NCBI GenBank assembly: GCA_905178155.1
Contig: CAJINV010000011.1
Location: 643,982-707,981 of the forward strand
DNA length: 64,000 nucleotides
Source of the DNA: Amoebophrya sp. A120
Lineage: Eukaryota > Protista > Dinoflagellata
Direction of reading: 5' to 3'
Under the pieces are notes generated by a model, which was given only the letters and a program-made list of their open reading frames with translations, did not search any database and was not told the DNA's origin. The translations under genes and the position numbers were made by a program. Shown in pieces: positions 10,244 to 21,451 of the stretch (the stretch's first letter is position 1; each line of letters opens with the position of its first letter).

Positions 10244-11755
10244 ATGTCGCGCTACATTACCGAGCCTGACTTTGATGTTTATCACTCGGAGGGAGGCCAC
10301 CTGGGCGTTCGCGAAGCGCAGTTGACCGCCAACGCCTCTCTTGTGAAGTCCGAGTTTGAGACCCAGAAACAGCTGGCCGGGGACTTGAAAGCCAAGTTGG
10401 ACCGTGGCGATAATCTTGAATTTCAAGACAATGAAACATCTTTGCCTTTCGGCCCCAACGATGCCGAGGACCGCGAGGAGATTTTCCGCCTCCACTCGTG
10501 GGCTCTGCGCATGCGCAACATCGTGCGTGTCGTCAATCGCGATCACGCCAAGGATATGGAACGGAAGCAGAAAGAGAGAGCCGAAGTGGACGACGAGATC
10601 GCGAAGTACGTGGGTATTATCGCGCGCATCAAAGCGGTTCGGGAAAATTTGAAAACGCAAGGAAAGCTTCCGCAGCCGTGTTTGATCGAGGGGTGCCTCG
10701 CAGCGGGCAACATGTTGCAGTACTGGCGGCATGTGAAGCAGGAAGCCACGAAGCAGAACGACGACGAGTCTGATTTCGTGGAGGGGCCTCCAGCGAAAAA
10801 ACAGAAGAGAGACCGCGTGGTCGTGGCAGAAGCCGGCGACGCAGGGGAAACCAACGAGCAGTCCGAAAGCGGGGGCCCGGAGGCCGGTTTGCTGGAAAGC
10901 CCTGACTTTGTTCGCTTCTATGACGAGATCAACCGTTGCTGTGCGGACGTGTGCGCCCTTCACAATGGTGGGGGGACGTCGCTCTCGCCGAAGCTGATGA
11001 CAATGGTTTCCGCTTGCTTGGCCGCGATTGGTGGCCAAGAAGATCGCTGGACCGCGGGCGCCTGCGAACTGCGGCGCGACCTCCTTACTGCCGTGACGCA
11101 GTTTTTTTTTCTGGACAACACGGACTGGATTGCCGACACTGACGAAAAACAGGCCACCATCCAAGTTCTCTTCAAGCGGCTGCAGGACCGCTGGACAAGC
11201 TTGCTGCGGTGTCGCAATCTGCAGGTGGATGCGTCGCTCCGGCGGTTTGTAGCGTCGCTTCAAGGGCTCGGCAGTGACTTTGATGATTTTTTTCCGGTCC
11301 CCTTCGAGTTCCGCCTTGCGGCCCCTGGCGCACCTGCTGTAGCGTTGGACCCATATGACATTCTTTATGAAGAGGTCCTTCTTGACTCGATGTGGATGTT
11401 CCGCGGCGATCATGTCTGGACCTGGCGGGGCCGTCATGACGTGACGGAGCTGGTCGACTACGAGCCTCCACCGCCGCAAGCTGGCGCTGTCCGGGGCAAG
11501 AAATGGCCGCTGAAGGAAGCCGCAGACCTCTGCCTGGGGATGTGCAGGAAAGGAAGAGACAAGCAGTGGTGGTTTGTCGACGTCTGCTTGAACCCGCCGG
11601 GCGGCGCCTCGCCGAAAAAGTACAAGCATTGGGTGGCCTGGAGTTCGGCTTTTCCTCATGTGGATCCCCCCGCGTCGAAAATCGAGGTGGAGAGCGCTGT
11701 CGTAGGAAAATTGCGTGGCGAGGAAAAGCTTCAAGGCGGGGAGCATCGGGGGTGA
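10244..11755 (+). CDS. hypothetical protein (503 aa), intronless
   Basis: Long ATG ORF with natural-looking composition, a coiled-coil-like N-terminal part and a basic NLS-like PPAKKQKR; no family recognised. Confidence 0.7.
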   Translation: MSRYITEPDFDVYHSEGGHLGVREAQLTANASLVKSEFETQKQLAGDLKAKLDRGDNLEFQDNETSLPFGPNDAEDREEIFRLHSWALRMRNIVRVVNRDHAKDMERKQKERAEVDDEIAKYVGIIARIKAVRENLKTQGKLPQPCLIEGCLAAGNMLQYWRHVKQEATKQNDDESDFVEGPPAKKQKRDRVVVAEAGDAGETNEQSESGGPEAGLLESPDFVRFYDEINRCCADVCALHNGGGTSLSPKLMTMVSACLAAIGGQEDRWTAGACELRRDLLTAVTQFFFLDNTDWIADTDEKQATIQVLFKRLQDRWTSLLRCRNLQVDASLRRFVASLQGLGSDFDDFFPVPFEFRLAAPGAPAVALDPYDILYEEVLLDSMWMFRGDHVWTWRGRHDVTELVDYEPPPPQAGAVRGKKWPLKEAADLCLGMCRKGRDKQWWFVDVCLNPPGGASPKKYKHWVAWSSAFPHVDPPASKIEVESAVVGKLRGEEKLQGGEHRG

Positions 11756-13300
11756 GCACGCCGGCGCCAGCGCTCTCGTCTTCCACTGCGGTTTTGGACT
11801 ATGCGTTTCATCTTTTTGAGTTTTGTGTAAGCATACGTACTAATATTAATTCGGAATTATGATCTCCTTGTAGATCTGTCTTTCAATGTAGCAGATCATA
11901 TAAGTAACTACTTACCGCTTTCAGAAAAACTCGCGTCTTGTTGCGTTTGATATTAAAATTTCGCGAACTTACCAAAATTGTTTAAACCCCGCTTGCTTGT
12001 ACCATCGTTTAGTTCGCATTGCTACGGAATTGATTCAAAATTCCCTCTGGGATTGTGCTTTTCAATGTATTCGGAATTTTCCGTGAATGCAATCAATGAT
12101 GTGAGGTGCGTTTCTCGTTTCTTTCTGTTGACCATAGCAGTACTAGTCAGCACCCACAGGAGGTATGAGCTATCTTCTGGAGACGAACGTGATGACGTTT
12201 AGCGCACTGACATTTCTCTTGCTGTCGGCTAGTAGCCATAAAAAAGTACATGTGCAGCTCCGTAAAGGAGGGTCGACCACCTTCAGACACAAGAGAGATA
12301 CTTAATGCGGCGTCTGATATTTTAATTTTTTTAGAGACCGACCGCACATAGTTTCATAGAGCGCCGTTCGCCTTGTATCACGAAGTGTATTAAGTAGTGA
12401 AAGACAGTGAAAAATAGTATCTCGGTTTCATCCTGCTTCAACTCTTAGAGCTCGACCTCCTGAAGAGGAGGTCGAGTTATAGAGAACCTCTATCGGAGAA
12501 CACGATACGCCTATCTGCTCCTGCACGCTATGGCGATTGTGACGGCCGGACGAGGACGTGGGGAGAGTAAAAATGCGTTTATGGACCCAGAAAAGCATTT
12601 GTAGACAGGTTCTTGAGCAGGTTGTGGCTACTGGAGATGTAGTGTTCGCTTAGGCGCCATGTGGCGCCCTGTCACAAACGACAGAATGATCGTTGGCCTC
12701 GAAGCTCCTTTGCAAAAACTCGGTCCTAAATTTGAGCGAACGCATAGCTCGGTGTTGTCTCGGTCATGGTAAATTTCTGTGAGAAGAAGCAAGAAGCTGG
12801 ATCCATCCGTGAAATAATTATTCGGGTAATTTCGGACGAACACCAACACAGCATGTCAAGAAAACAAAGCAACTGTACTAGGTATGCAACAAAATCATGC
12901 CGAAGATCGCAAATCATGGTCATAAAAGAAAATGAATTTTCGTGAAACAAGCCTCAGTTCACCTCTAGAGATCCCCCAAAACGAACTGCGCGTTTCTCGT
13001 GAAGACGCTGCATGAGCAGGTACTTAAATTGCAGAGATCAACAACACAACTACTGCACTGCGGCTTGCTTTTCTCTACTTTTCAATACACGTAGCTTCGA
13101 ACAAATCGAAAACACAGCCACAGTGAGTTGACTCTGACTATACTCAATATCACGCTTTTGATTCATTTCTACTGATAACCACGAAGATTTTTCCCCCCGA
13201 TTGTACTAATCCTCTCCTGCGACTTTTTATACGATTTTTTTCTCGATTCCACCACGACATCAATCATTCATCGGAACTACAGCCCCTAGTACCCACAACC

Positions 13301-14314
13301 ATGGCAACATCAACATCTTCCTTTCCCAGCACCACGTCGTCGCCCCCCACGGCGGCCCAGCAGTGGGGCAAGAACGACGAGAGTTCATCACTTCTGAAAG
13401 CCACCGTGAACCTGGACGGCGCCGACCCATCGCTCTTCGACGGCCAAACGAGCGTTGACGACGTGGAATTCGCGGCCCAGTTTGCGCAGTTGGAACTGGC
13501 CAAGAAGGATGAAAATACTATCACGGGGGCGGCCGCGAAGAACAGTACCGCAAGTGGTAGTAACCCGTTCAGCCGCGCGGGGCTTGCGGTGCCCGCAATG
13601 GACGGGTTTGACTTCCAGTTTGACGACGAAGAGGAGCCGGAGAACATGATGCAAAAGTACGTCGAGTCGGCGCTGCAGGCAACGGGGTTGGACTTAATGC
13701 CCGCCAGTGAAGACGAAGGCGACGACGATAACATGGTTGTGCCATTGAATCTTGACCAACAACTGCACACGTCGGGGACCTTGACCTCCAGCAGCAGCGG
13801 CCCCGCGGGTGGTCAAATGAGCACTCTTGACGCGAAGAAGCTCGAGGCCAACGAAAAATTGATGGACGCGGGGCGGAAGAACACGGAGCACCTGCCGCAA
13901 CTGGTCGATACGGCGAAGGTGCCGACGCCCAAAGCGGGGAAGGTGTTGTCGACTTTCGACAACTTGATCGTGGTGCAGGCCCCGCTGGAGGCCCGGGCGC
14001 TGGACTTGAAGTCGATCTTGTGCCTCCCGACCGGGGACGTGGTGGGCATGGTGGTGGACGTGTTTGGCAACATCCACCAGCCGCACTACCTGGTGTTCCC
14101 CACCAACGCCGATTTGGACAAGGAACACTACGCCGTCGGGGTGGAGCTCTGCTACGTGAAGGACCAGTCCGCGTACGCGATGGATTTCGCCCCGGATGTG
14201 TACGAGCTGCACGGGAAAAGGCCGACGGAGGGGCAGGAGGATAGCGACGTGGAAAACGCAGAAATCGTAGGGGACGAAAGCGACGACGAAATTCATCTTG
14301 CGGCACCGGCGTAA
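13301..14314 (+). CDS. NAF1: H/ACA RNP assembly factor NAF1 (Gar1/Naf1 domain)
   Basis: GKVLSTFDNLIVVQA...ALDLKSILCL...VGMVVDVFGNIHQPHYLV followed by acidic SD..N.E....SDDE, as in NAF1. Confidence 0.8.
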   Translation: MATSTSSFPSTTSSPPTAAQQWGKNDESSSLLKATVNLDGADPSLFDGQTSVDDVEFAAQFAQLELAKKDENTITGAAAKNSTASGSNPFSRAGLAVPAMDGFDFQFDDEEEPENMMQKYVESALQATGLDLMPASEDEGDDDNMVVPLNLDQQLHTSGTLTSSSSGPAGGQMSTLDAKKLEANEKLMDAGRKNTEHLPQLVDTAKVPTPKAGKVLSTFDNLIVVQAPLEARALDLKSILCLPTGDVVGMVVDVFGNIHQPHYLVFPTNADLDKEHYAVGVELCYVKDQSAYAMDFAPDVYELHGKRPTEGQEDSDVENAEIVGDESDDEIHLAAPA

Positions 14315-15014
14315 GAGAAGAAGTTGGGGACCACGGAATGATTTGGTGGAATTTTTATGCGAGAAAATAAAAGTGACTGTGACTGTGTGTTGCTGTAGTT
14401 GCATATACACAGCATGATGAAGAAAGGGCAAGTTTGATTGCCGCGATAAAGAGGTTAGTAAAAACGACTATACACGATCATGATGAACAAGAGCGCGATT
14501 TAGAAAGACATGCAACAAAAGCAAAAGAAAACGAGCTTGAAGAGCTGGCTGCTGTTCTTTCTGAGTAGGGAAGTCGTCTGCATTTTTTAGGGGTGTTCAT
14601 CTTCGTGGCTGTGATTTCGTCTTTCTTCAAGCACTACTTCAAAATCACAAATACAACTGTGAGCCTGAATTGAATCCAACCCATAGAAGTATCTATAGGC
14701 CTGTGCTCGTCCTCTCTCACGAGCGGTCGTAGCCAAATAATCTGTTGTTTGCGAAACTCACAAAACTATTTTTCGTACCCCCTGAATGACGTGTGCGAGT
14801 GTGAGGCCCACACCCAAGTCCGAAAAAACCTAGCCTCGTAACAGCCGCACCCTTATGGTATAGATCAACTGTTCGTCATAGAGGATCGGCGTTCAGCTGC
14901 TCTCGGGCTGGAGGAGGGAGTAGCACGCAGCAGTCCGCTAAAGGGCACACTGCCAACATCATCATCATATAATCTCGAACTCGTCGTCTACTACAGAACT
15001 TCCAAAATAAAAAC

Positions 15015-16756
15015 ATGAGCAGTTCTTTCCTGAACTTGAGGCCTTGCACGACACTGCTGGCAACGTTCTTGCTTCTCCCGTTTTGTTTACATCTCCTCCC
15101 TGTCACCACCGCTGGTCGCCCATCTCGGGACGGGGATGCTGTGACTGCGCCGCCCGATAACGATTGGGAGTACTACTGGGGGCGAGGAGCGGGTCCAACT
15201 CTTCTGGAAAACAAGCGCGGGAATAACATGGTGGTTCCGCCCCCGCCCGGAGCTGTACCCGCCACGAAGCTGCAGGTTAAAAACGTCGGACATCAGGGAA
15301 CTACAAGCAAAGTCGTGCTGCAGAAGGATCTCTCACAAGAACTGCTGCCGCGGGGTACCGATTCTACCCCAAGTGAGGTTCTTGTGGGTGGTGGTGGTGC
15401 ACAGCCATCGCAGAATCCGGACGAAAACGACATGGCAGTGAAGGTGATGCGAAATTTCTGGAAAAACCAGCAGCCGGGCGGCCTGCGGGATGTCATGGGG
15501 CAGAATGGCATTGCGACAGCGAATCAACAAGAATCTGCGGAGGTCGCCGTGGAGCATCAAGAGGAGAAAGGGGAAACGGAAATATTGAATAAACCTTCTT
15601 CATCTACTAGTTCTAGCGAAGACGAATTTTTACCCGTAGTGCTCGGCACCCCCGCGCGGAGCCTGTCTTCCTTTGCGGGAACTACAGCCTCCATGGAGGA
15701 CGAGGGCCAGCAACCCGACCGGCTTTCCTACGAGCCGAGTAGGGGGCGACTCACGGCCTCGCAAAACGTATGGATTGCAAATATGTCTGGGTCTGGAAGA
15801 ATGCAACTTGTGATGCTATTTCTGGAAGCTACAAAAATCTGTATTGCATGAGCAGCAAGAGGCGTCCAGTTTTTGCTCCGCGGAGCGGGCACTTGTCATG
15901 CTGGATAGGCATCAATAGTCCCGCAAAAAATCTGTCATGCTAGGTCCTCCATTACAGGCATCGTAGCTCATGCGAAATATGCATGACAAACCTCGAAATC
16001 TTCCAGCCCCAGACATTTTTGCATTTGATAAAACGCCGCCCGGGACAAGACGGCAAAGGAGGTTTTGAACAACCTGTGGCAGCAGCCGGGCTTTCAGCGG
16101 GCTATCAAGTGTAAAAATGTCTGGATCTGGAAGATTCTGAGGCTTGTCATGCATGTTTTGAATTGGCCATTATATCTGTGATGCATGCCCTAGCATCACA
16201 GATTTTGCGCGGGCTTCGCGATGCCTATTCCGCATGACAAATGCCCCCTCCGCGTATCAAAAATTACACTCCCTTTGCTGCTCATGCAATACAGATTTTT
16301 TTGGAATCCAAATTTAGCATCACAAGTTGCATTCTTCCAGACCCAGACATTTTTACATTTGACACGGGCGCGGATGCAGCACATGATTGCCGAGGCGGTG
16401 AAAAAATCGAACGAACCCGGGGGGTTTCCTATCAAAATGAAAAATCCCCTCTCCCCATATCAAAAACGAAATTTGTGATGCTGTATTTGAGTACACAAAT
16501 CGACTTGTAATGCTAGAAGGCCAAGAGACGCAGCTGTGGCCTCGTTTGCAGGCAATTTGTCACGCTGTTTCCAACTTCCAGCTGCCCCCTGTCATGCTGA
16601 AGATGCACGGCTTTCCCACGCCAACCAGCACTACAGTCCGCATCTTTTCCCTTCTAGCATGACAAAGCTGATTTGTGACCACAAATCTGCATCACAAATT
16701 TCTAGTTTGAGTATGGGGTGGGGGGATTTTTCATTTTGATATTCCCGCTGCAGTGA
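15015..16756 (+). CDS. hypothetical secreted protein, 4 predicted exons
   Basis: N-terminal hydrophobic signal (TLLATFLLLPFCLHLLP). Exons 15015-15768, 16036-16102, 16370-16429 and 16747-16756 join in frame after removal of three TIR elements. The last junction has an imperfect DR, so the C-terminus is uncertain. Confidence 0.65.
15769..16030. mobile_element. introner-like element, family A (262 bp)
   Basis: tatggattgcaaatatgtctgggtctggaaga ... cttccagccccagacatttttgcatttgata; DR AAACG. Confidence 0.9.
16103..16364. mobile_element. introner-like element, family A (262 bp), inverted relative to 15769-16030
   Basis: tatcaagtgtaaaaatgtctggatctggaaga ... tcttccagacccagacatttttacatttgaca; DR CGGGC. 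Confidence 0.9.
16430..16741. mobile_element. introner-like element
   Basis: tatcaaaatgaaaaatcccctctccccata ... tatggggtggggggatttttcattttgata; DR TTTCC/TTCCC (1 mismatch). Confidence 0.85.
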
Positions 16757-17646
16757 GGAAGGGATAAGCCGATTCTTTTGGAAGTAAGTAGTTGGTTTAT
16801 TTCGTTTTGGACACGGTCTGTTGATAGCGGATGACGTTAATACATGGATACAATTTACAAAAGGATATTATGCAGCAAACTAGAAGAGAAAAACTTGCCA
16901 CAACTAGTTTGTTTTTTTGAGGACTATGTGGGAGGAATTGCACTACAGTATGTGGGAGGCTTTTACCGCTCACCTTGAGAAGCGCACACGTCATTCTTTT
17001 TTTGAGGACCGATTTTGCTGATTTGTCGCCATCATCCTGCAGCTCGGTGTAGTGTACGTCGTCCCACAGTACTTCTCCGGGCTGGCCGTGTCATTTAATA
17101 TTGACGCGCACTCATCTTCATGGTTCGCTCTCGCTGGTTCCTTACTTTCATGGATGAATATATCGTCGCGGTTCTTTCGGACTAGTATTGATGCGTGCAG
17201 AAAGCTGGAGGTGGTCTAGTACAATGTATTCGGGCGAAAGCAGCAGATCAGCAAGTCGCATGCGACATACTGATCTTCCCCTTTGAAGATCAAGATCTAC
17301 GAATACGACGGACCGGTGCACGATCTGACACTTTTTTTTCCGATCATTTGAGTGCGAGCGCAGATCGTGCATGCGGTCCTGTGTGATGACCCTGAAGACC
17401 CTCCTGCGGTGTGCTTGTCGATCCTTCGTCGATTAGCTTTTAGCTTGTACTATTGATTCTACTGCCTCGCTTTTTGACGACCAGCGACAATTTCTCAATC
17501 TTCCTGAGAGCGACTTTTGTACAGTCTTGTGTTTATTATATTTTTATCACATTTTTGTGCTTATACATAGTTCTACCTCTACGAAGAGGATCCTGACGTT
17601 CTTTACTCCGAATGAAATTTAGAAATTGAAAAAGCGTAGCGAAACC

Positions 17647-20600
17647 ATGCCAGCAGCCGCGAGCACGACGACTCCGAGTAGGAGCGTGGCCATCGCCGCG
17701 CGGGTGAAGCGGCGGCAGGAGCAAACAGCCGCGAAGAAAGCTTCTTCCAGTAGCAAGAGCACCTGCAGCACTTCTGCGTCGACATCGCCGTCCCCATGCT
17801 CAACAACGTCTCCACCACCGACAAGCGCCGCGTCATCATCGTCCTCCAACAGTAGAGGGCCGGCTTTGAAGAAGAGCGCAGATTATCCACCGAAAAATAT
17901 TGATGATTCGGCCGCGGCAAATAAAAAGAACAGCAAGTTGTGCAAGTTTGAAAAGCAGCTCCGCGCCCGGCCGGTGGAGATGGTGCGAAAATTATTGAAG
18001 AAACGGGCTGGGTACACCGAGCGGATTCAGGGACAGGTGGTTCTGAGCGGCAAGGAGGGGGAGCAGCAGCCGTCGGGGTTGTATGTCTTGGAGGCAGGGT
18101 CATATGCGTCGTATGCCTCTGCATCTGCATCTGTTCAGCAGGAGATGGACGGCGCCCAGCCCTTCTCTTCCTGCTCATCAGCGAGTGGTAGTGCTGGCAG
18201 TACTTGTACCACACAGTCCACCTCCCAGGATGTGCTGGTGCCCTCCTGCTCGTCGCGAAAGAAGTCCTTCGACACCTACCTCCCGATGCACCTGCTGTTT
18301 CCCTGGCTGATGCTGCTCCAGGATCCGAATTTGCCCGGGCCGAAACGGTTTAAATTGGAGCAGAAGGCGTACAAATCCATTCCGCTGTACTGCAACAAGG
18401 TTCTGTTCCAAGCGGATCCGGTTTCGGGGCGATTACTGGAATGCGAAAAGGCGGTCCGGTTTCTGCTGAATCCGGAACAACAACAATTGGGGAAAAATGG
18501 TTGTGACATGGCATTGGAGGACCAAGAGGCGCTGCTGGAACTGCTAAACTATGCTGGAAGCAGTAGTTGTAGCAGCGCAGAAGTAGGCCCTCGTCGTGAA
18601 AAGTCAACAGGGAAGCACAAGCAGAAGTCATCTTCAAGGGTACTAGTAGATGATCAAAATAAACACGTCTTTACTACTAGCGACGAGGAAAGAACAAGAC
18701 CAAAGGACGGAGTGTGTTTACCGCGGAAGCGAAGAAAAATCGCGGAGCAGCTACAAGAGGGAAAGGTGGAACCAACAGCAGGAGCGGACAAGAAGGGTAT
18801 TGGTGTTCTGGGCGCGAGCTGCAAAATGAAAAATGCCACTTGCAGTACACGGCGACCACAGAGTGAAGTCTCCGTGCCGCTCCGAGAGCAATACCCGCTG
18901 CCGGTGTGGCCGCCGCCAAAAAATCCGTCCTCGTCCACGAGTTATGTTTCCACCGCTAGTACTAGTAGTTCAAGTTCTACATCTACTTCTACAGCAAGAG
19001 AAATAAATGCCCAAAACACGAAGTTGATCATCCGCTGGTGCCAGCCGGAAGCTGAGCCAGGCGACTTAATTCTGTACACGGGGTTTCACGGAAACATCTC
19101 CACGAAATTCGGCGTCACCTGTGTCCAGCACGTCGACTACATTCCAGAACAGTTGCTGAGGAAGTACTTGCGAGAGGAAGCAGGTGCGGGCTGTACTTCT
19201 TCGCAGAAGGCCGAGGAAGATCATGATGAAGATGAACCGCAGTCGGTTGTTAATAATCCTCCCAGAACTTCTTCGGCGGATATGGATGTTGAAACTGCGT
19301 GTTTCAAAACCCTGATCACGTCCTACTGGGAAAAGTTCGAAACCTCCATCGTGGACGTGGGCAGCGGGAGCACGCGCAGCAGCACCGAGGAGAAGAAACT
19401 GTACGCGTTTGACGCGTATAAGAAGAGGAAAACAATAAAGAGCCTTCCACCACCAGCAGCGGCAGCGAGACCAAAGACCGAGAGGACGAAAGGGAGAAAG
19501 GACCACTTCCCTGTCGGAGGACGAGCAAGTCTTCTCGCCCCGAACATGAACAAGGCGTCATCTTCGCACCTGGCAGCTGCATCTTCAGAGTCAGACTTGC
19601 CGGTGCTCTCCTCGACCGTGCGCGGCGCGATACTGGGGTCAACATCAGAAGTTGTATCGAAGGGTTTATTTGCTGGCATTACGGGTACTAGTTCATCTTC
19701 CAGGACTGAGTCGCAGCAACATGATCATTCTCTCAAGTTCGACAGGATGTTTCAAGAGCTCAACGACCAAGGTTATTTGGTCGTGAAGAAGGCAGAGCTA
19801 ATGAGGTTGCAGGATGAAGAGATTTCCCAGAGAAGTAGTCCTAGTGAGCTGCAGATGAAAGCGACACCAGCTGCACCCGAACTACAGGTGGACTACGCAG
19901 AAACGGTAGAACGGGCGATCCACGAAACAGACCGGATTTTCAACTTTGTTTTGCAGTATCACAACGTCCCACTGATGATAGAAGCCGGAGATGATGGACA
20001 GGAAGGCGGGGGCGATGAGGATCCTAGTGCTGAAGTAGATGGTGCACCAGGAACCTGTTCGAAGAAGATGAAAAGTGGAACAAAAACTACATCAGAGCTA
20101 GACAAAATTATCAATCCACCTCGCAAATTCTTGTACCGTCCGCTTTTACCGCAAAAGGTGACGGACAACGACGAGAAAATTTTTCAGGCCATGCTCGACC
20201 AAAACGTCTTTTGCGATAAGGGACATCAATACCACGACCACAAGCACGACCAAAAGCTGCGACGAGACGGAACAAGAACAACATCAGCATTAAACCCCCT
20301 GCGTAAGAAGAAGAACAGCACTCATGTCCCCCCTTTATTATCCCTGACCAACCCCCTGGACGAGCGATGGCTCTACCTGCGCAGCGAGGAGGACCGGGAA
20401 TACCTCTGTGGCGACCGAAACGTGATGTACGCGAAACGGAACTCTGGTGCGCAGTTCGGAAACGCGATTTCTGCGGTGAGTCACGGGATGGGGAGAATGG
20501 CCTGCGTTTACCGGAACGCGGTTTTGTTGGAGTTGCAGGCGAGCGCGGGTGTAAAAGCGGTGTTCGAGCAGATGTACCAGCGGATGATGGCGATGGAGAA

Positions 20601-20844
20601 AACTTCTACCGAAGGTAGTCGTGAAGACAAAAATCACGCGTCGGTTGTAGTATCTCGCCACCCCTCGTCGTCGTCTACTACAGCTCCGGGAACAGCAAGT
20701 CGCTGCGACCTGCTCCTCATTCCCGAGCGGTTGCGGGTTAAGTGTCGCTACGGTAGGTTCGGAAAGCACGACGGGCCGCCGTGGCACCCGCTGAAGGCCC
20801 ACCCGATGCCCGCGCACGCGGATAAACACTTGCTGCGACCATAA
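17647..20844 (+). CDS. large hypothetical Ser/Lys-rich protein (about 1065 aa), intronless
   Basis: 3.2-kb uninterrupted ORF with low-complexity S/T tracts between globular-looking segments; no family recognised. Confidence 0.75.
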   Translation: MPAAASTTTPSRSVAIAARVKRRQEQTAAKKASSSSKSTCSTSASTSPSPCSTTSPPPTSAASSSSSNSRGPALKKSADYPPKNIDDSAAANKKNSKLCKFEKQLRARPVEMVRKLLKKRAGYTERIQGQVVLSGKEGEQQPSGLYVLEAGSYASYASASASVQQEMDGAQPFSSCSSASGSAGSTCTTQSTSQDVLVPSCSSRKKSFDTYLPMHLLFPWLMLLQDPNLPGPKRFKLEQKAYKSIPLYCNKVLFQADPVSGRLLECEKAVRFLLNPEQQQLGKNGCDMALEDQEALLELLNYAGSSSCSSAEVGPRREKSTGKHKQKSSSRVLVDDQNKHVFTTSDEERTRPKDGVCLPRKRRKIAEQLQEGKVEPTAGADKKGIGVLGASCKMKNATCSTRRPQSEVSVPLREQYPLPVWPPPKNPSSSTSYVSTASTSSSSSTSTSTAREINAQNTKLIIRWCQPEAEPGDLILYTGFHGNISTKFGVTCVQHVDYIPEQLLRKYLREEAGAGCTSSQKAEEDHDEDEPQSVVNNPPRTSSADMDVETACFKTLITSYWEKFETSIVDVGSGSTRSSTEEKKLYAFDAYKKRKTIKSLPPPAAAARPKTERTKGRKDHFPVGGRASLLAPNMNKASSSHLAAASSESDLPVLSSTVRGAILGSTSEVVSKGLFAGITGTSSSSRTESQQHDHSLKFDRMFQELNDQGYLVVKKAELMRLQDEEISQRSSPSELQMKATPAAPELQVDYAETVERAIHETDRIFNFVLQYHNVPLMIEAGDDGQEGGGDEDPSAEVDGAPGTCSKKMKSGTKTTSELDKIINPPRKFLYRPLLPQKVTDNDEKIFQAMLDQNVFCDKGHQYHDHKHDQKLRRDGTRTTSALNPLRKKKNSTHVPPLLSLTNPLDERWLYLRSEEDREYLCGDRNVMYAKRNSGAQFGNAISAVSHGMGRMACVYRNAVLLELQASAGVKAVFEQMYQRMMAMEKTSTEGSREDKNHASVVVSRHPSSSSTTAPGTASRCDLLLIPERLRVKCRYGRFGKHDGPPWHPLKAHPMPAHADKHLLRP

Positions 20845-21451
20845 ACGACTGACCGATAGGAACATACGTTTCTTGTTTGGTAGGAAAACGACGGAGTTTA
20901 CGCTGGCTCTAGGATGAAAGATGAGGACCAAGTTTCAATTCAGAAAGGGAGACTTTTAGTATAGCAGGACGAGCAGCCACAGCCTTGTTGACCCTGTCGT
21001 CTCTGCATAGCGACACAACAACTTTTCAAAGTTTTCATACGATCAACATAATCCTGTTTGATCAGGGGCGACGATACGACCACGTGAAGCAATATTTACG
21101 CACAACGCGGCCGCGGCAAAGACGGCTCTGCGCGTGACAAAGAGATAAATTGTTGCGTTCCTGGGTAGTTCTTGAGACGACAAAGATCTGGCTTCTTTCT
21201 GGATTCTGAACAGCACCGTCATGGATTCAGATGCTGATCTTTTCATCAGGTCGCTTTATTTGCATGGCGACTATGTCGTGCACACAGATCTTTACTATTC
21301 ATCTGTTGCCACCTATTATTTGCGCGCCGGTACAAGAACTTCATGTTCGGTTTTTCTTTTTCCTCTGAGACAGAGAGATCCTATTGCGTGATTTAGGCTC
21401 GCTTCATTTTCAATTTGTTCCCGACGTATATTTGATTTCGAAAGGGACAAA

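Noticed and set aside
10007-11746. 579-aa minus-strand ORF
   Set aside because: Antisense shadow of the GC-rich + strand ORF 10244-11755, with no recognisable motifs.
15769-15851. Recurring peptide MSGSG.. / QTQTFLHL at many ORF ends as a shared protein domain
   Set aside because: These are translations of family A TIRs read through until the first stop.
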